DNA of 55,879 nt from a virus (lineage: Duplodnaviria > Caudoviricetes), in the IMG/VR virus record IMGVR_UViG_3300018079_000013, positions 1 through 55,879 of that record; one strand, given 5' to 3'. Under the pieces are notes generated by a model, which saw only the letters and a program-made list of their open reading frames with translations, did not search any database and had not been told where the DNA came from. Numbering within the stretch: position 1 is the first letter of the stretch; every line of letters starts with the position of its first letter. A program made the position numbers and the translations under genes. This document shows positions 36,872-46,599 of this stretch, piece by piece.

Positions 36872-39321
36872 GTGCAATCCCCCCATGTTGGGCCGCTAGT
36901 AATATCAGCGATGAATGGAAGAGTCCAGCCAAGTTCGTCCCTGGCGCAGGATTCCATAATCTGTTTGCAAATCGTACTGTACTCATCCACGTAAGAATCC
37001 TCTACCTCAGCAACGATGGAGTCATGTACGAGATTGACAATAGCGCATCGGGATCGATCTGTTTGAGCTTCGACTCCAATAGCAGAACAGAGCGTGAGAT
37101 CGCTCGCACATGATTGCGGATAAAAATTAATTCCTTCTCGGAAAGCGGCCTGCACGTTCTCGCGTGTAAGCAAGTGGAATCGGCGCTTTCTACCGAAAGG
37201 ACTGATAAGAACTCCGCGCTTACGTATTTCCTGCTCGATTCCAAGTTCCCACTCTCCTACTCCTATGAAGGTTGTCCATACCCAATCGATGTAGGCTTGT
37301 GCACGTACTGCGTCGATACCATGCTTCTGCTGAAATGTATCAGCACCCTGACGATAGAAAACTCCGAAGTTCACATTCTTACAGGTTGACCGTTGTTCCT
37401 TGGTGAAGTCTTCTCCAAAGAATCGTCGAGCGGTTTCGTCGTGAAGGTCGAGGCCATCAGTGTAAATTTTCGAAAGTAACGAATCCCCAGAAAAAGCAGC
37501 GATACATCGTAACTCTGCCTGTGAAAAGTCAGCTTGTACAATGGTAAATCCTGGGGGCGCATGGAACAGCTTCCGAATATGAGGTAGATCCTCTTTCTCC
37601 CTCGTGATATTTTGTAGGTTCGGCTTCGAACTACTAAGGCGTCCGGAGTTGGTTCCGTGTAGATTGAGTTGAGTGTAAATCCGAGAATCTTCATCTAGCT
37701 CCGCTCGTTCGATGAGTGAAAGTATGTAAGTAGATGCCTGTTTCTGAACTTTCTGGAAACGATGGTATCGCTTAATGAATGACTTGATATGTTCCTTGCG
37801 TTCGGCATAGTCAGGTGCTTCAACTTGGCTGACCATGTTACCCTTGCGCTGTGTTACCATCGCGCCTTTGAAAGTAAATCGATCCTGCAAAATTTCCTCG
37901 CGAGCAGCATCATCCACAGAGCGCTTTGGGTTCCGCATCGTTGGAGTTGCCGGACGATTCTGCATCGCGTGCTTGATACCCCAATCATCATAGAACACTT
38001 TTGAAAGTTGCGTAGGCGATCGAGGATTCAGTAACGCATTATCGATCTGGCGTTGCATTTCTAACGTAAGCGTGTCCATTTCAGGTTTAACGACGAACTC
38101 ATAGATGTCGGCAGCACCAGGAACATCGTAGACCATACCATGAAGTTCTACACCGATGAGAAACTCATTGGCTCGAAGTAAAAGTTGGTATGTGTCCAGT
38201 ACATTGTCAGCCTTAGCACGTTCCAACTGAAGTTGGAGCAGTTGATATGTGCCCCCAACATCCATACCGGCGTATCTGTAGAATTCATCATAGTCTGTTA
38301 CGATTCCTGTCTTTTTAGTTTTCTCGATTGCAGAGCTAGAGTATTTCGGCCAGCCGAATTCATCCATGAGCAAGTAATCCAAACCGTGCACCCCGATACG
38401 TTCGTCAGTACCACTGCGCTCGTCAAGTGTGTAGCTGAGTAACATTGTGTCATGGTCTACTCGGGCTTGGATTCCATAGCTGTGGCGCAAAATCTTAGAG
38501 TCGAATTTCCCTCCGTGCCATACAAAGCTATGTCGTGGGGATTCGAGATAGGGCTTGATGTAATGGCTAAGAAAATCTCCATCTTCCCAAAGTCTCGACC
38601 GCTCTCCGAATACATACGAAGTAATTCCGTCAATACTGAATTGCACGCTGATAAGAGTGGCTTTATGGGTGATTCCTCCCCTTGTTTCAATATCCCCTGC
38701 AACTCTACCTTCGTTGGCGCTAAGAAAGTCAATTGCGTCTCTTGCTTCTTTCCCATCTTCAATTACCTCAACTATCGGCAGGGTAGGTGGTGGGTCAGGA
38801 TGGAAGGCTCGTCGGAAGTCACGTTTGAGATTCGGGAACGTTGAATCATCTCGGAGTACGAGCGCAGGGTTATTTGCAGCAACAACGGTTCGTCCACTCT
38901 GCTCGATACGGTAGCCTCGATAATTGTCAATGCTTCCGCGTCCAATAAGCTCATTAACTGCTTCACGGCCGCAGGCGATAACGAGATCGATCCCGGATAG
39001 CTCTTTACGTAGGCGCGGAGCGCACGCTTTAATCGCTTCCGGTGGAACCACCGCATCGTCCGGTGCACATAGAACAGTGTTAGTAACGAGAACTTCTCCA
39101 CGCGATACTCCATTCATCTTGAGTAGATGATCTAGCACTTTACCTGACGGGCCTGAAAACGGTTTTCCTGCAATTGCCTCGTGGTAGCCCGGTGAACGCG
39201 AAACGATAGCCGCCTTTGGCTTCTGTGGGCTTTGCGTAGGTGCACATGGACGCGAGTACAGTGGGCACTCTTCGCACAGAGCGTCAGGATGTTTTCTTAC
39301 AACAGATGTAACAGCAGCCAT
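36868..39321 (-). CDS. polA: Family A DNA polymerase with N-terminal family-4 UDG-like domain and 3'-5' exonuclease
   Basis: CEECPL, PFSGPSG; exo DIET, KFD, YAGMD; pol GRLSSSKPNLQNI, ADFSQAELR, KNVNFG, VHDS. Confidence 0.95.
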   Translation of the reverse strand: MAAVTSVVRKHPDALCEECPLYSRPCAPTQSPQKPKAAIVSRSPGYHEAIAGKPFSGPSGKVLDHLLKMNGVSRGEVLVTNTVLCAPDDAVVPPEAIKACAPRLRKELSGIDLVIACGREAVNELIGRGSIDNYRGYRIEQSGRTVVAANNPALVLRDDSTFPNLKRDFRRAFHPDPPPTLPIVEVIEDGKEARDAIDFLSANEGRVAGDIETRGGITHKATLISVQFSIDGITSYVFGERSRLWEDGDFLSHYIKPYLESPRHSFVWHGGKFDSKILRHSYGIQARVDHDTMLLSYTLDERSGTDERIGVHGLDYLLMDEFGWPKYSSSAIEKTKKTGIVTDYDEFYRYAGMDVGGTYQLLQLQLERAKADNVLDTYQLLLRANEFLIGVELHGMVYDVPGAADIYEFVVKPEMDTLTLEMQRQIDNALLNPRSPTQLSKVFYDDWGIKHAMQNRPATPTMRNPKRSVDDAAREEILQDRFTFKGAMVTQRKGNMVSQVEAPDYAERKEHIKSFIKRYHRFQKVQKQASTYILSLIERAELDEDSRIYTQLNLHGTNSGRLSSSKPNLQNITREKEDLPHIRKLFHAPPGFTIVQADFSQAELRCIAAFSGDSLLSKIYTDGLDLHDETARRFFGEDFTKEQRSTCKNVNFGVFYRQGADTFQQKHGIDAVRAQAYIDWVWTTFIGVGEWELGIEQEIRKRGVLISPFGRKRRFHLLTRENVQAAFREGINFYPQSCASDLTLCSAIGVEAQTDRSRCAIVNLVHDSIVAEVEDSYVDEYSTICKQIMESCARDELGWTLPFIADITSGPTWGDCT

Positions 39322-39323
39322 AG

Positions 39324-39506
39324 TTAATCGTTACGAACTAGTACCTCGATATTTACAGGCCAGTCGTTTTGGATATCGTATGCTGCACGTAGCGCATTAG
39401 CTTTGCTATCGTAGTTCTCACTGTGCATCAAAATTTCACTGTTGCCTTCTGCTATCAACTGGATATGCCATTCATCACTCTCACCCTGTGAAACTCTAAT
39501 GTACAT
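39324..39506 (-). CDS. YegP/DUF1508-like protein
   Basis: W...L.A.GNSEILMHSENYDSKANA. Confidence 0.65.
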   Translation of the reverse strand: MYIRVSQGESDEWHIQLIAEGNSEILMHSENYDSKANALRAAYDIQNDWPVNIEVLVRND

Positions 39507-39975
39507 AGATGATTCCCCTTAAATCGGGTGGAGTATAGTCTGGCCCTTTAAGTATCTTACCGTCATCACGAACGATAGGATTACCGTCATAACCAAGCTT
39601 ACTCATGTTCGAACGCTGTACTTCTGCAAAGCACTCATCAAGTGGGATGCCGAATGATACCGCAGTACCACATAGGACATAGATCAGGTCGCAGATGGCA
39701 TCGGCAACCTCAACTAGATCATATCTTCTCATAGCATCCTTAAGTTCAATCCATTCTTCTCTATGTAGATTTCTACGTAGATCCCATACTCCACTTCCCG
39801 TTGCTTCAGCTTGATTCAATGGATGATCGCTAATCATAAGTCCATACGTCTCATGGAAATGCTTTACCATCTGAAAGTAGCTCGGACTCTTTTCGTAGTA
39901 TTCATGTTCACGTTGACGCTGCAATTGTTCTAGTTGCTGTCGCAGTGCTAGAACTTCATCTGTTCTATCCTCCAT
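39496..39975 (-). CDS. MazG-like nucleotide pyrophosphohydrolase
   Basis: EE..E, EVADAICDLIYV, EV.RSNMSK, DGKILKGP. Confidence 0.9.
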   Translation of the reverse strand: MEDRTDEVLALRQQLEQLQRQREHEYYEKSPSYFQMVKHFHETYGLMISDHPLNQAEATGSGVWDLRRNLHREEWIELKDAMRRYDLVEVADAICDLIYVLCGTAVSFGIPLDECFAEVQRSNMSKLGYDGNPIVRDDGKILKGPDYTPPDLRGIIYVH

Positions 39976-40543
39976 GCGGTAGTCCCTTCATTAGCTCGTC
40001 TACGTCTTCGTACAGACCGTCTAAATCTCTATCATTGGTGATTAGTACATCAATCAAATCGCGCTGTAGAGGTTCCTCTGATACATGACCATCGGATTCA
40101 TAACCAGGTCGAGTAACTTCTACGATCGTTCCACCTAGATGCAAAATTCTGTAAGCCTCGTTTGAGAAACGAACATCGGTTGCGACGACGTTACCAGTCT
40201 GATAACTGTTGCGGTACATTTCCTCTTCCCACTGCTGCACCCAAAAATCTTTTCCAAAAGTGTTACGGCCCATTTCGGTTCCGAACCGTTGTAGAAAGTA
40301 TCGCCAGTCCATTGACTTGATAATTGCGTCAGGTCTACTATGTGTTGGGCCAACGAGTCGCACAGCGCACCACTTCGAATTCTTAAGATCATCGACTCGC
40401 TCTGTGGTTAGGTCGAATAGGTTCCCTACCGCTTCTTTCAATTTGTCTGCGAATGCAAGGCGAGTGAATTCGTAGTTGTCAACGAGGTACTGGCCCACTG
40501 TATCTTTGCCTACGCCTTTACAACCAGTGATTCCAATGATCAT
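39965..40543 (-). CDS. Deoxynucleoside monophosphate kinase
   Basis: IGITGCKGVGKDT, FADKLK, LQRFGTE, TDVRF.NE, H.SE. Confidence 0.9.
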   Translation of the reverse strand: MIIGITGCKGVGKDTVGQYLVDNYEFTRLAFADKLKEAVGNLFDLTTERVDDLKNSKWCAVRLVGPTHSRPDAIIKSMDWRYFLQRFGTEMGRNTFGKDFWVQQWEEEMYRNSYQTGNVVATDVRFSNEAYRILHLGGTIVEVTRPGYESDGHVSEEPLQRDLIDVLITNDRDLDGLYEDVDELMKGLPHGG

Positions 40544-40662
40544 AGTGACTTCGCTTTCTTTGCAGCAAACCAAAACAAAACCATACATAGGGCGAATCCC
40601 GAAATCAAGCCGATTACGAATCCAATCAGAGAATCGGGGATAGTAAACGTTGTAGCAAACAT
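40540..40662 (-). CDS. Small membrane protein
   Basis: Hydrophobic 40-aa ORF coupled to neighbours. Confidence 0.45.
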   Translation of the reverse strand: MFATTFTIPDSLIGFVIGLISGFALCMVLFWFAAKKAKSL

Positions 40663-41004
40663 CTAAATCTCCGGCTCTATAGGAGGTAGAAGCGGAACGC
40701 CTCTAACGATGTCATTGCGTAGTGCTTGCTTACGCATTTCAGCAGCAGCCTGACGCAAAGTCCTCATCTCACCTAGCACTACCTCTCTATACGTGAGGTT
40801 CATTTGATCCTCGTCAATCCCAATTACATCTTTTAGCAACCGCGTTATCGTCTCTACGTGACAATGATGCTGGAATTCACCATCTCCCATGCGAAACATT
40901 TGCGACGAATCAGGAAGACGTGCCTGTGCCCACAACTTAGATTCCTCTTCAAGCTCTTTTGTCACTTTATCAAGTCGTGCCTTTATCGTGCCACCTTCAG
41001 CCAT
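40663..41004 (-). CDS. Hypothetical protein
   Basis: AGGAG RBS. Confidence 0.6.
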   Translation of the reverse strand: MAEGGTIKARLDKVTKELEEESKLWAQARLPDSSQMFRMGDGEFQHHCHVETITRLLKDVIGIDEDQMNLTYREVVLGEMRTLRQAAAEMRKQALRNDIVRGVPLLPPIEPEI

Positions 41005-41272
41005 TTATGACTCCTATTTCGGTTAATAGTTCTACAGCAAATCTATCCCATGCTTCCTGCATATCCTCTTTCCACAGATTAAGCCATTCGTTCACGCTAA
41101 TATATTGGCTCAAAGTGTTTTTGATATCGGTTTGACACAACGTACAACTGTCGGGACGTTCCAATATAGACCTATTCATGTGGGAAACACAGTTGACAAT
41201 CGTTGTTACAGGATGGTACTTGCTTTTCAGAATCTCTTTGATATCTGATAACGCTATATCGGCTTTTGTCAT
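40997..41272 (-). CDS. Hypothetical protein
   Basis: GGGAGGTAAA RBS before ATG 41272. Confidence 0.55.
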   Translation of the reverse strand: MTKADIALSDIKEILKSKYHPVTTIVNCVSHMNRSILERPDSCTLCQTDIKNTLSQYISVNEWLNLWKEDMQEAWDRFAVELLTEIGVING

Positions 41273-41274
41273 CT

Positions 41275-43494
41275 TTACCTCCCTATCGGCCATAGTTGAA
41301 TCCCTCTTCCTTTCTTGGATACTTGAATCATCAAGCGTTGTTCCAATGTGTCTTGAATGTCGGTCATCATACGTGCATTCAAGTGGTGGTAGGACATCAC
41401 GTCGCCACGCATGATTCCGGGCTTACGTTCGATCAATCGATACACAGCCTGCATAAGTGTTTCGTCTTTCGACTGTCCAGAGTTCTTGACCAAATGCACA
41501 AAGTGTACTCCCCAACGTTGAATGTAAAAGGCCGCGCTTAACAAATCAGTTAGCTCCACAGTCAGTGCGTACTCTTCTGTGGGTTCTTTGCGCGCTGCGG
41601 CTAAAAGTGCAGCTAGCTTCAACATGGAGAAATACATGCGTGTGAACGATGGAAGTGCGGCGGTTTCCTCGGCAGTGCCTAGAGCAGCGCTCGTCATGGT
41701 TTGCTCCATGACATTCGCACGCTCCCATGCTTCATCCGTCAACTCGACATCGACGGTCTGCGGCAATGTCACCATAGAAGGGTTTGAAGGATCACCGACC
41801 TGTATGGTGATTTCATCCTTCGTATACATCTGATGAAGTGCTCCAAACGTTTGGCGCAGTTCGTCGCGACGTAGCGTGGACAATTCTACGCGTGGGCCAG
41901 TCAAGCGAACGCGTGTCAAATCTGTCTCTCCCCGCACGACTAAAAAACGCGGCATAAACCCCGATAGGAAATACGACTCGGGGATTAAACTGTAAGCTCT
42001 TTCAGTGACACCGCCACCGAAGAAAATAAAGATCGGTTCGACAAGCGATACTGAGCCTTTTTTCAAACGCTTTGCATAATGTTTCGGTACATCATACATG
42101 TGTGTTAGAATCTCTGGCACTCCACTCATGTAATCTTTGCGCTGAAAAGCATCGAGCAACCCAGTAATCTCGTCACGCATAAAGATGGAAACCATCTTTG
42201 GTCGGCTCGAAAGTGCATCGAGCAATCCTTCGGCAGAGGCATCCGACGCGACGACGAGAGAACGATCGATCTCATGTATGAAGTCCATCGCCATATTCAT
42301 CGCAGTCGTTTTTCTCGTCAGCGTAGAATCACCAAGAATCAATCCGAATAGATTAGTGTTAATTGGTGCGGGCAATGATGAGTGCACGCGAAGTGAAGTT
42401 GACATGAGAGCGGATAGGAGAATCGCACAGGACAACTCGTGAAACTCAGGAACGGCATCGGTGACTGTTTCTGCCCATCCTTTATATGAATCCATGATCG
42501 TGTCATCGAGCACATCAATCTCTGAAGCGGTTAGGAGTTGTGGCATTATAAGTTCCTGACGATATTCATTGATGAGTGCTTCGATGGACTTGTGCTGAAG
42601 CTCTGCCTTTAGAACTTCTCGCCACAGATGCGATTCAGGTCTACCGTCACGTTCGTACTTGTTGCATTTCGAAGTACGAGCAACTGCGAACGTTTCGTTT
42701 CGATTCATACCAACTTCGAAGCACGTGTTAATCAATCTCCACAAAGACTTCGACCAATCCTCGTTAGGTTCATCTCCATAGTAGCGAGCGAAAGCGGTCT
42801 GCTTAAGGTGATCCTTGTACATTTCAATAGTGATCATTACATCGGGTAAATCGCTAGCTTCAGGAAGGGGAATGCCAGTCCACTCTTCGAGTGGGGCGTC
42901 CTCGGTTCGCGCAAGTGTCTCGAAGACTTGTGGAGGCAGTAGTTTCTCTGATTTGAGAAGCACCTGAACCTCGGGAACGTCGTCCAGTTCATACTTGAAA
43001 TTGTACGTTCCAGGTACGCGAAGCAACTGTGTAAGATCGTGGCCCGACTTATCTACTCCAAGGTCAGCATGAGCGTATGCGACACGCTTGGAGTACATCT
43101 GTGCGTCAAGCGGATCAAGCTTGCGATCGAGACGCCACACAGCTTGGTAACGGCCAGGCGAAGATTCGATTACACACTGTGGCGGAATGTCAAGCTTGTC
43201 CGGCGTACATGTATCAAGGTCGGCCCACACAAGATTCTGCGGGATCGCGTTCTCTTTTCTACGTTTAGGTACGGATAATACGTTCACGCAATAGTAGATG
43301 TTCGAATTAGAAGATGCACGTCCGATATGGTCAACGATGTCGTCACGTTGTTTCGGCCACTCAAAAAACTCTTCGTTGAATTTCTCTCGTTGATACGGAC
43401 GAGGAATAGTGGCAATGCAGACGTATCCCTCGTCGTTTGAAAAGAGGTAGTCAAAGAAGTCGAGTTGAATCGACTGTTGTTCAAATACAGCCAC
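41275..43494 (-). CDS. RepB-type primase fused to DUF3987-like helicase
   Basis: WADLD, ESSPGRYQAVW, LLRVPGTYN.K; C-terminal GDSTLTRKTT, RDE, SGFMPRF. Confidence 0.85.
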   Translation of the reverse strand: MAVFEQQSIQLDFFDYLFSNDEGYVCIATIPRPYQREKFNEEFFEWPKQRDDIVDHIGRASSNSNIYYCVNVLSVPKRRKENAIPQNLVWADLDTCTPDKLDIPPQCVIESSPGRYQAVWRLDRKLDPLDAQMYSKRVAYAHADLGVDKSGHDLTQLLRVPGTYNFKYELDDVPEVQVLLKSEKLLPPQVFETLARTEDAPLEEWTGIPLPEASDLPDVMITIEMYKDHLKQTAFARYYGDEPNEDWSKSLWRLINTCFEVGMNRNETFAVARTSKCNKYERDGRPESHLWREVLKAELQHKSIEALINEYRQELIMPQLLTASEIDVLDDTIMDSYKGWAETVTDAVPEFHELSCAILLSALMSTSLRVHSSLPAPINTNLFGLILGDSTLTRKTTAMNMAMDFIHEIDRSLVVASDASAEGLLDALSSRPKMVSIFMRDEITGLLDAFQRKDYMSGVPEILTHMYDVPKHYAKRLKKGSVSLVEPIFIFFGGGVTERAYSLIPESYFLSGFMPRFLVVRGETDLTRVRLTGPRVELSTLRRDELRQTFGALHQMYTKDEITIQVGDPSNPSMVTLPQTVDVELTDEAWERANVMEQTMTSAALGTAEETAALPSFTRMYFSMLKLAALLAAARKEPTEEYALTVELTDLLSAAFYIQRWGVHFVHLVKNSGQSKDETLMQAVYRLIERKPGIMRGDVMSYHHLNARMMTDIQDTLEQRLMIQVSKKGRGIQLWPIGR

Positions 43495-43928
43495 TATAAA
43501 GTGACTACGGTGAACCTGTTGTCAAGAAGAGGCTCGATTGCGGCATGTACTACGCCCCATTCTAATCTACCGTTACCACAACCAGGACGAGGCATAGCTA
43601 CCGTCTTAAACTGCCATGCGTTAACGAATTTAACTAACTCGTGGACGCTTCTGACGATCAATATAATGTCTGCCTTTTCGTACCAAGCATGCTTAACAGG
43701 AAATGTTATCAAATGATAAACGGTGCCCAACCTAAATCCATATACGTGATTTCCACTAGTTCGTATCGCAATGCCTAAAAGCTCAGGCAAGTTAGGCCAC
43801 TTGTTTGCAGCTTCAAGTGCGCAACCTTTCCCCATAACGGCCTTACCGTTAGTCTTGACGGTACCATTAGTTGTAATGACAATTGCATCCGCGTCAGTAG
43901 ACCACAGATCAACCGTTTTTTCTAACAT
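43494..43928 (-). CDS. Macro domain (ADP-ribose binding/hydrolase) protein
   Basis: ITTNG, VMGKGCA, FPVK..W, PRPGCGNGRL.W. Confidence 0.88.
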   Translation of the reverse strand: MLEKTVDLWSTDADAIVITTNGTVKTNGKAVMGKGCALEAANKWPNLPELLGIAIRTSGNHVYGFRLGTVYHLITFPVKHAWYEKADIILIVRSVHELVKFVNAWQFKTVAMPRPGCGNGRLEWGVVHAAIEPLLDNRFTVVTL

Positions 43929-43954
43929 GCCAATCCTCCTCTAATAAGGACGCG

Positions 43955-43982
43955 AAGGGGGGCACCGCAGCACCCCCCTTTT
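43955..43982. terminator. GC-rich hairpin after the SSB gene
   Basis: AAGGGGGG.../...CCCCCCTT inverted repeat. Confidence 0.45.
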
Positions 43983-43998
43983 CTCTCCTGGCGCGTTG

Positions 43999-44523
43999 TT
44001 AGATTGGCTGTCCTGCGCCTGCCGCAACCGCTGTACCGGCAGGCTTGTAACCCTTCACGTCGTTGTCGAAGTCGTTGGTCAGACTGTTGATTGATCGACC
44101 AACGGTGACAACAAGTTCGCGGCCTGCGAGTGCATCGGTATCCAGACGGAAACCCTTCTTGGAGATTTCCTCACGAGTGTAACCAGCCGCGAGCAGGAAG
44201 TTAAGCATCGTTCCTCTGTGATACGCCTGCTTGTCCGCAGGAATTTTACCATCGGCCGGAACGAAAATCTTGCCGAACACGCGACGGTTCTTGACCTTCT
44301 CACCGTTCTTTTCGTCGTCGGTGATAGCAAGCTGAATGTTTAGGTATGGTGTTTGATCGGGCAATTTCTTTGATCCGTCGGGATTCGACGTTGCTCGCCA
44401 TTCCGGCGGAACCGGAATCTGCACATTGTACGACCCGGCGGGCACTGCTTCGAACTTACCTGCGCTTTCGTCCGCGCCTGTTAGATCGAGTACACCATCG
44501 AACACTGATTCTGCTTCGCTCAT
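43999..44523 (-). CDS. DUF669-like single-stranded DNA-binding protein
   Basis: F..VP.G.Y, NRRVF, L.GR, NDVKGY; next to a Sak4-like ATPase. Confidence 0.7.
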   Translation of the reverse strand: MSEAESVFDGVLDLTGADESAGKFEAVPAGSYNVQIPVPPEWRATSNPDGSKKLPDQTPYLNIQLAITDDEKNGEKVKNRRVFGKIFVPADGKIPADKQAYHRGTMLNFLLAAGYTREEISKKGFRLDTDALAGRELVVTVGRSINSLTNDFDNDVKGYKPAGTAVAAGAGQPI

Positions 44524-45311
44524 TTCTTACTCTCCTTCGTTGGCATATCAGCTCTGAACTTATCCCACAAACCACTGAACGTTGGTGCTTCCTCGACACC
44601 ATCGAAAACATTGAGACGATCTTTCACGCGCAACGTCTCAGTTTTCATGGTCTGCAAGTACCTTACGGGTTTGCCATTCGTTACCTCCACGCGTAGATGA
44701 CCAACAACGTCTACGAAACCAGGAACAGAAATATTCATCTGCCCGGCGAATTGCGCGAATTTAACCTTGCGTTTAAAGTTGTCTTCCTCCGATCCTTCGT
44801 GAGCCGTGAAAATCACGTTGCAGGGCAAGTCCTTGTACGCACGTATGATCTTCGTGATATGGTTTCCCGTTTTGTAGTAGGAGCGCTGATCCGGTACGCC
44901 TTCCTCGATTTTCGGATTCTCCTTAGCATACGCATCGTTCACTTGCATGAGGTCGATTTTGTACAACTCGGAAGTAGAATCGATCGCGACTGTTTTATAT
45001 GGTAGTTGATCTTTTCCGTCCTTATCCTTCGTTATGGCATTAAACAGATCGAGAAATATTCCACGTACTGCTTCATACGATCGAGCCTGTTTACGATCGA
45101 TGTTCTTTACCTTCCTGATTGTTTTCCATCCCCCATCGATGTCGATGAGAAGTACGGGTGACGTATCAGGGTGCTCGGCGGCAGTTCCAATGAAGTGCGT
45201 CTTACCCGAGCCAGGTTCCCCAAAGAGAAGCAAGCTGATCCAATCAACTTCCTCGTCAGGAGCATACGCGCCAATTTTGACACGTAGCTCATCAAGCGCT
45301 GTTGTGGCTAT
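44520..45311 (-). CDS. AAA_24 / Sak4-like ATPase (recombinase)
   Basis: GEPGSGKT, IDIDGG, VAIDS, FTAHE, KDR; frame open to 45314, probable ATA start at 45311. Confidence 0.85.
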   Translation of the reverse strand: MATTALDELRVKIGAYAPDEEVDWISLLLFGEPGSGKTHFIGTAAEHPDTSPVLLIDIDGGWKTIRKVKNIDRKQARSYEAVRGIFLDLFNAITKDKDGKDQLPYKTVAIDSTSELYKIDLMQVNDAYAKENPKIEEGVPDQRSYYKTGNHITKIIRAYKDLPCNVIFTAHEGSEEDNFKRKVKFAQFAGQMNISVPGFVDVVGHLRVEVTNGKPVRYLQTMKTETLRVKDRLNVFDGVEEAPTFSGLWDKFRADMPTKESKK

Positions 45312-45314
45312 GAT

Positions 45315-45548
45315 TCACTCCCCCTCTCTTATTACTTGTATCGCTTCAAGATAAGGGGCGACGAAGTTGTCAAGTCCTTCGATGATTATGCATGTTCGTC
45401 CAGTACGCGATGTCTTAAGTGCAATAGGCATTTCAGGATCAGGGAATGACATCTCTAGGTATTCAACTGATACCGTTAGCTCGCCTTTCCTATTATCATT
45501 GGGATCGTTCCTGTACGGGATTACTCTAGGATACACTACGCTGTCCAT
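45315..45548 (-). CDS. Hypothetical protein
   Basis: ORF in operon; start uncertain. Confidence 0.5.
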   Translation of the reverse strand: MDSVVYPRVIPYRNDPNDNRKGELTVSVEYLEMSFPDPEMPIALKTSRTGRTCIIIEGLDNFVAPYLEAIQVIREGE

Positions 45549-45886
45549 CTTTCTGCATGCAAGCCAGATATTCCACCTGTAGGAGTTTTGCAGGATGTAT
45601 TGAAACCAATCTTGCCTGCTGGCGCTCCACATTTAGGACATTCATGTGCCCACGCACAATCGTTCGGCGTTTCGCAATGCCCACAGTAGTTACATGGGAT
45701 AGTTGTGACGGTAGGGTCGGGCACGACTCCGACATGCGTATCGCCGCTCTCTACCGTCACGTGAGCGCTCGCGGCATTCTTGTACTCGCCCCCGGTGACG
45801 CGAGTAGGCAGGCTATTATAGTCTACCTCCGGGGGCGAGTTCTTTAGAAACTCGGTTTCGTCTATGATTTCGAAAAGATCACTCAT
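45536..45886 (-). CDS. Zn-finger hypothetical protein
   Basis: CNYC, CPKCGA...C...H..R. Confidence 0.6.
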   Translation of the reverse strand: MSDLFEIIDETEFLKNSPPEVDYNSLPTRVTGGEYKNAASAHVTVESGDTHVGVVPDPTVTTIPCNYCGHCETPNDCAWAHECPKCGAPAGKIGFNTSCKTPTGGISGLHAERWTA

Positions 45887-45972
45887 CGACCGAACAACTC
45901 CACGATTAGCCAGATAACACAGAATAGGAACAGACCACCAAAGACGGCTGCAAATGAGATCACCCTATGAAC

Positions 45973-46143
45973 CTAATTATGGTCATCACATTCCTTGTGG
46001 CACCATTCGCCGTCGATCAGTACGATGGTATCACCTTCGTAGATTTTCTCATCGCAAACTCCACATCGACTATTACGACTTGCAACAGTTTCGGGTTTAT
46101 CCTCTTGTGAAAGAAACTCTTGGAGATCAGGAGGTTCAATCAT
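45973..46143 (-). CDS. Small Zn-finger protein
   Basis: CGVC..KI.EG...W.H.EC. Confidence 0.6.
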   Translation of the reverse strand: MIEPPDLQEFLSQEDKPETVASRNSRCGVCDEKIYEGDTIVLIDGEWCHKECDDHN

Positions 46144-46261
46144 GTTCTTGGTTTGTAGGCGCACGCGCCACAGATGATTGTACGTCCATTATTGATTACG
46201 AAACCATGTGACTTCTTACCACAAAGAGCACCCTTGCACCAACCACAAACGCGACGTAGTT

Positions 46262-46462
46262 TCATTGATTAATCACATGTGACCTATCTCCCCGCCAGAG
46301 TATCACAACTTTATCTGCCGTGCCATCTAGCAAGTTTTCATATACCGAGATTTCAACAACGTTGCCGAAGCAATCACATCCCTCCGATATAACTCGGAGT
46401 TCTGGATCAAACTGATCTAGCCGCTCGCGCAACTGTGATACCGTCATTGAGTTATCTATCAC
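46262..46462 (-). CDS. Hypothetical protein
   Basis: MTVSQLRERL..FDP pattern common in small phage proteins. Confidence 0.6.
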   Translation of the reverse strand: MIDNSMTVSQLRERLDQFDPELRVISEGCDCFGNVVEISVYENLLDGTADKVVILWRGDRSHVINQ

Positions 46463-46599
46463 GGTTAACCTCGTACTTCATGGTGTAAGGGTCAAGTTCC
46501 TTTGGCATTTCGATGTTATAGAAATGACGATGCCACCACGACAGATAGCTAGGCCAATCAAAAAATCCTAGCAATCTCGCTATCTCGTCCATTCCAGCT

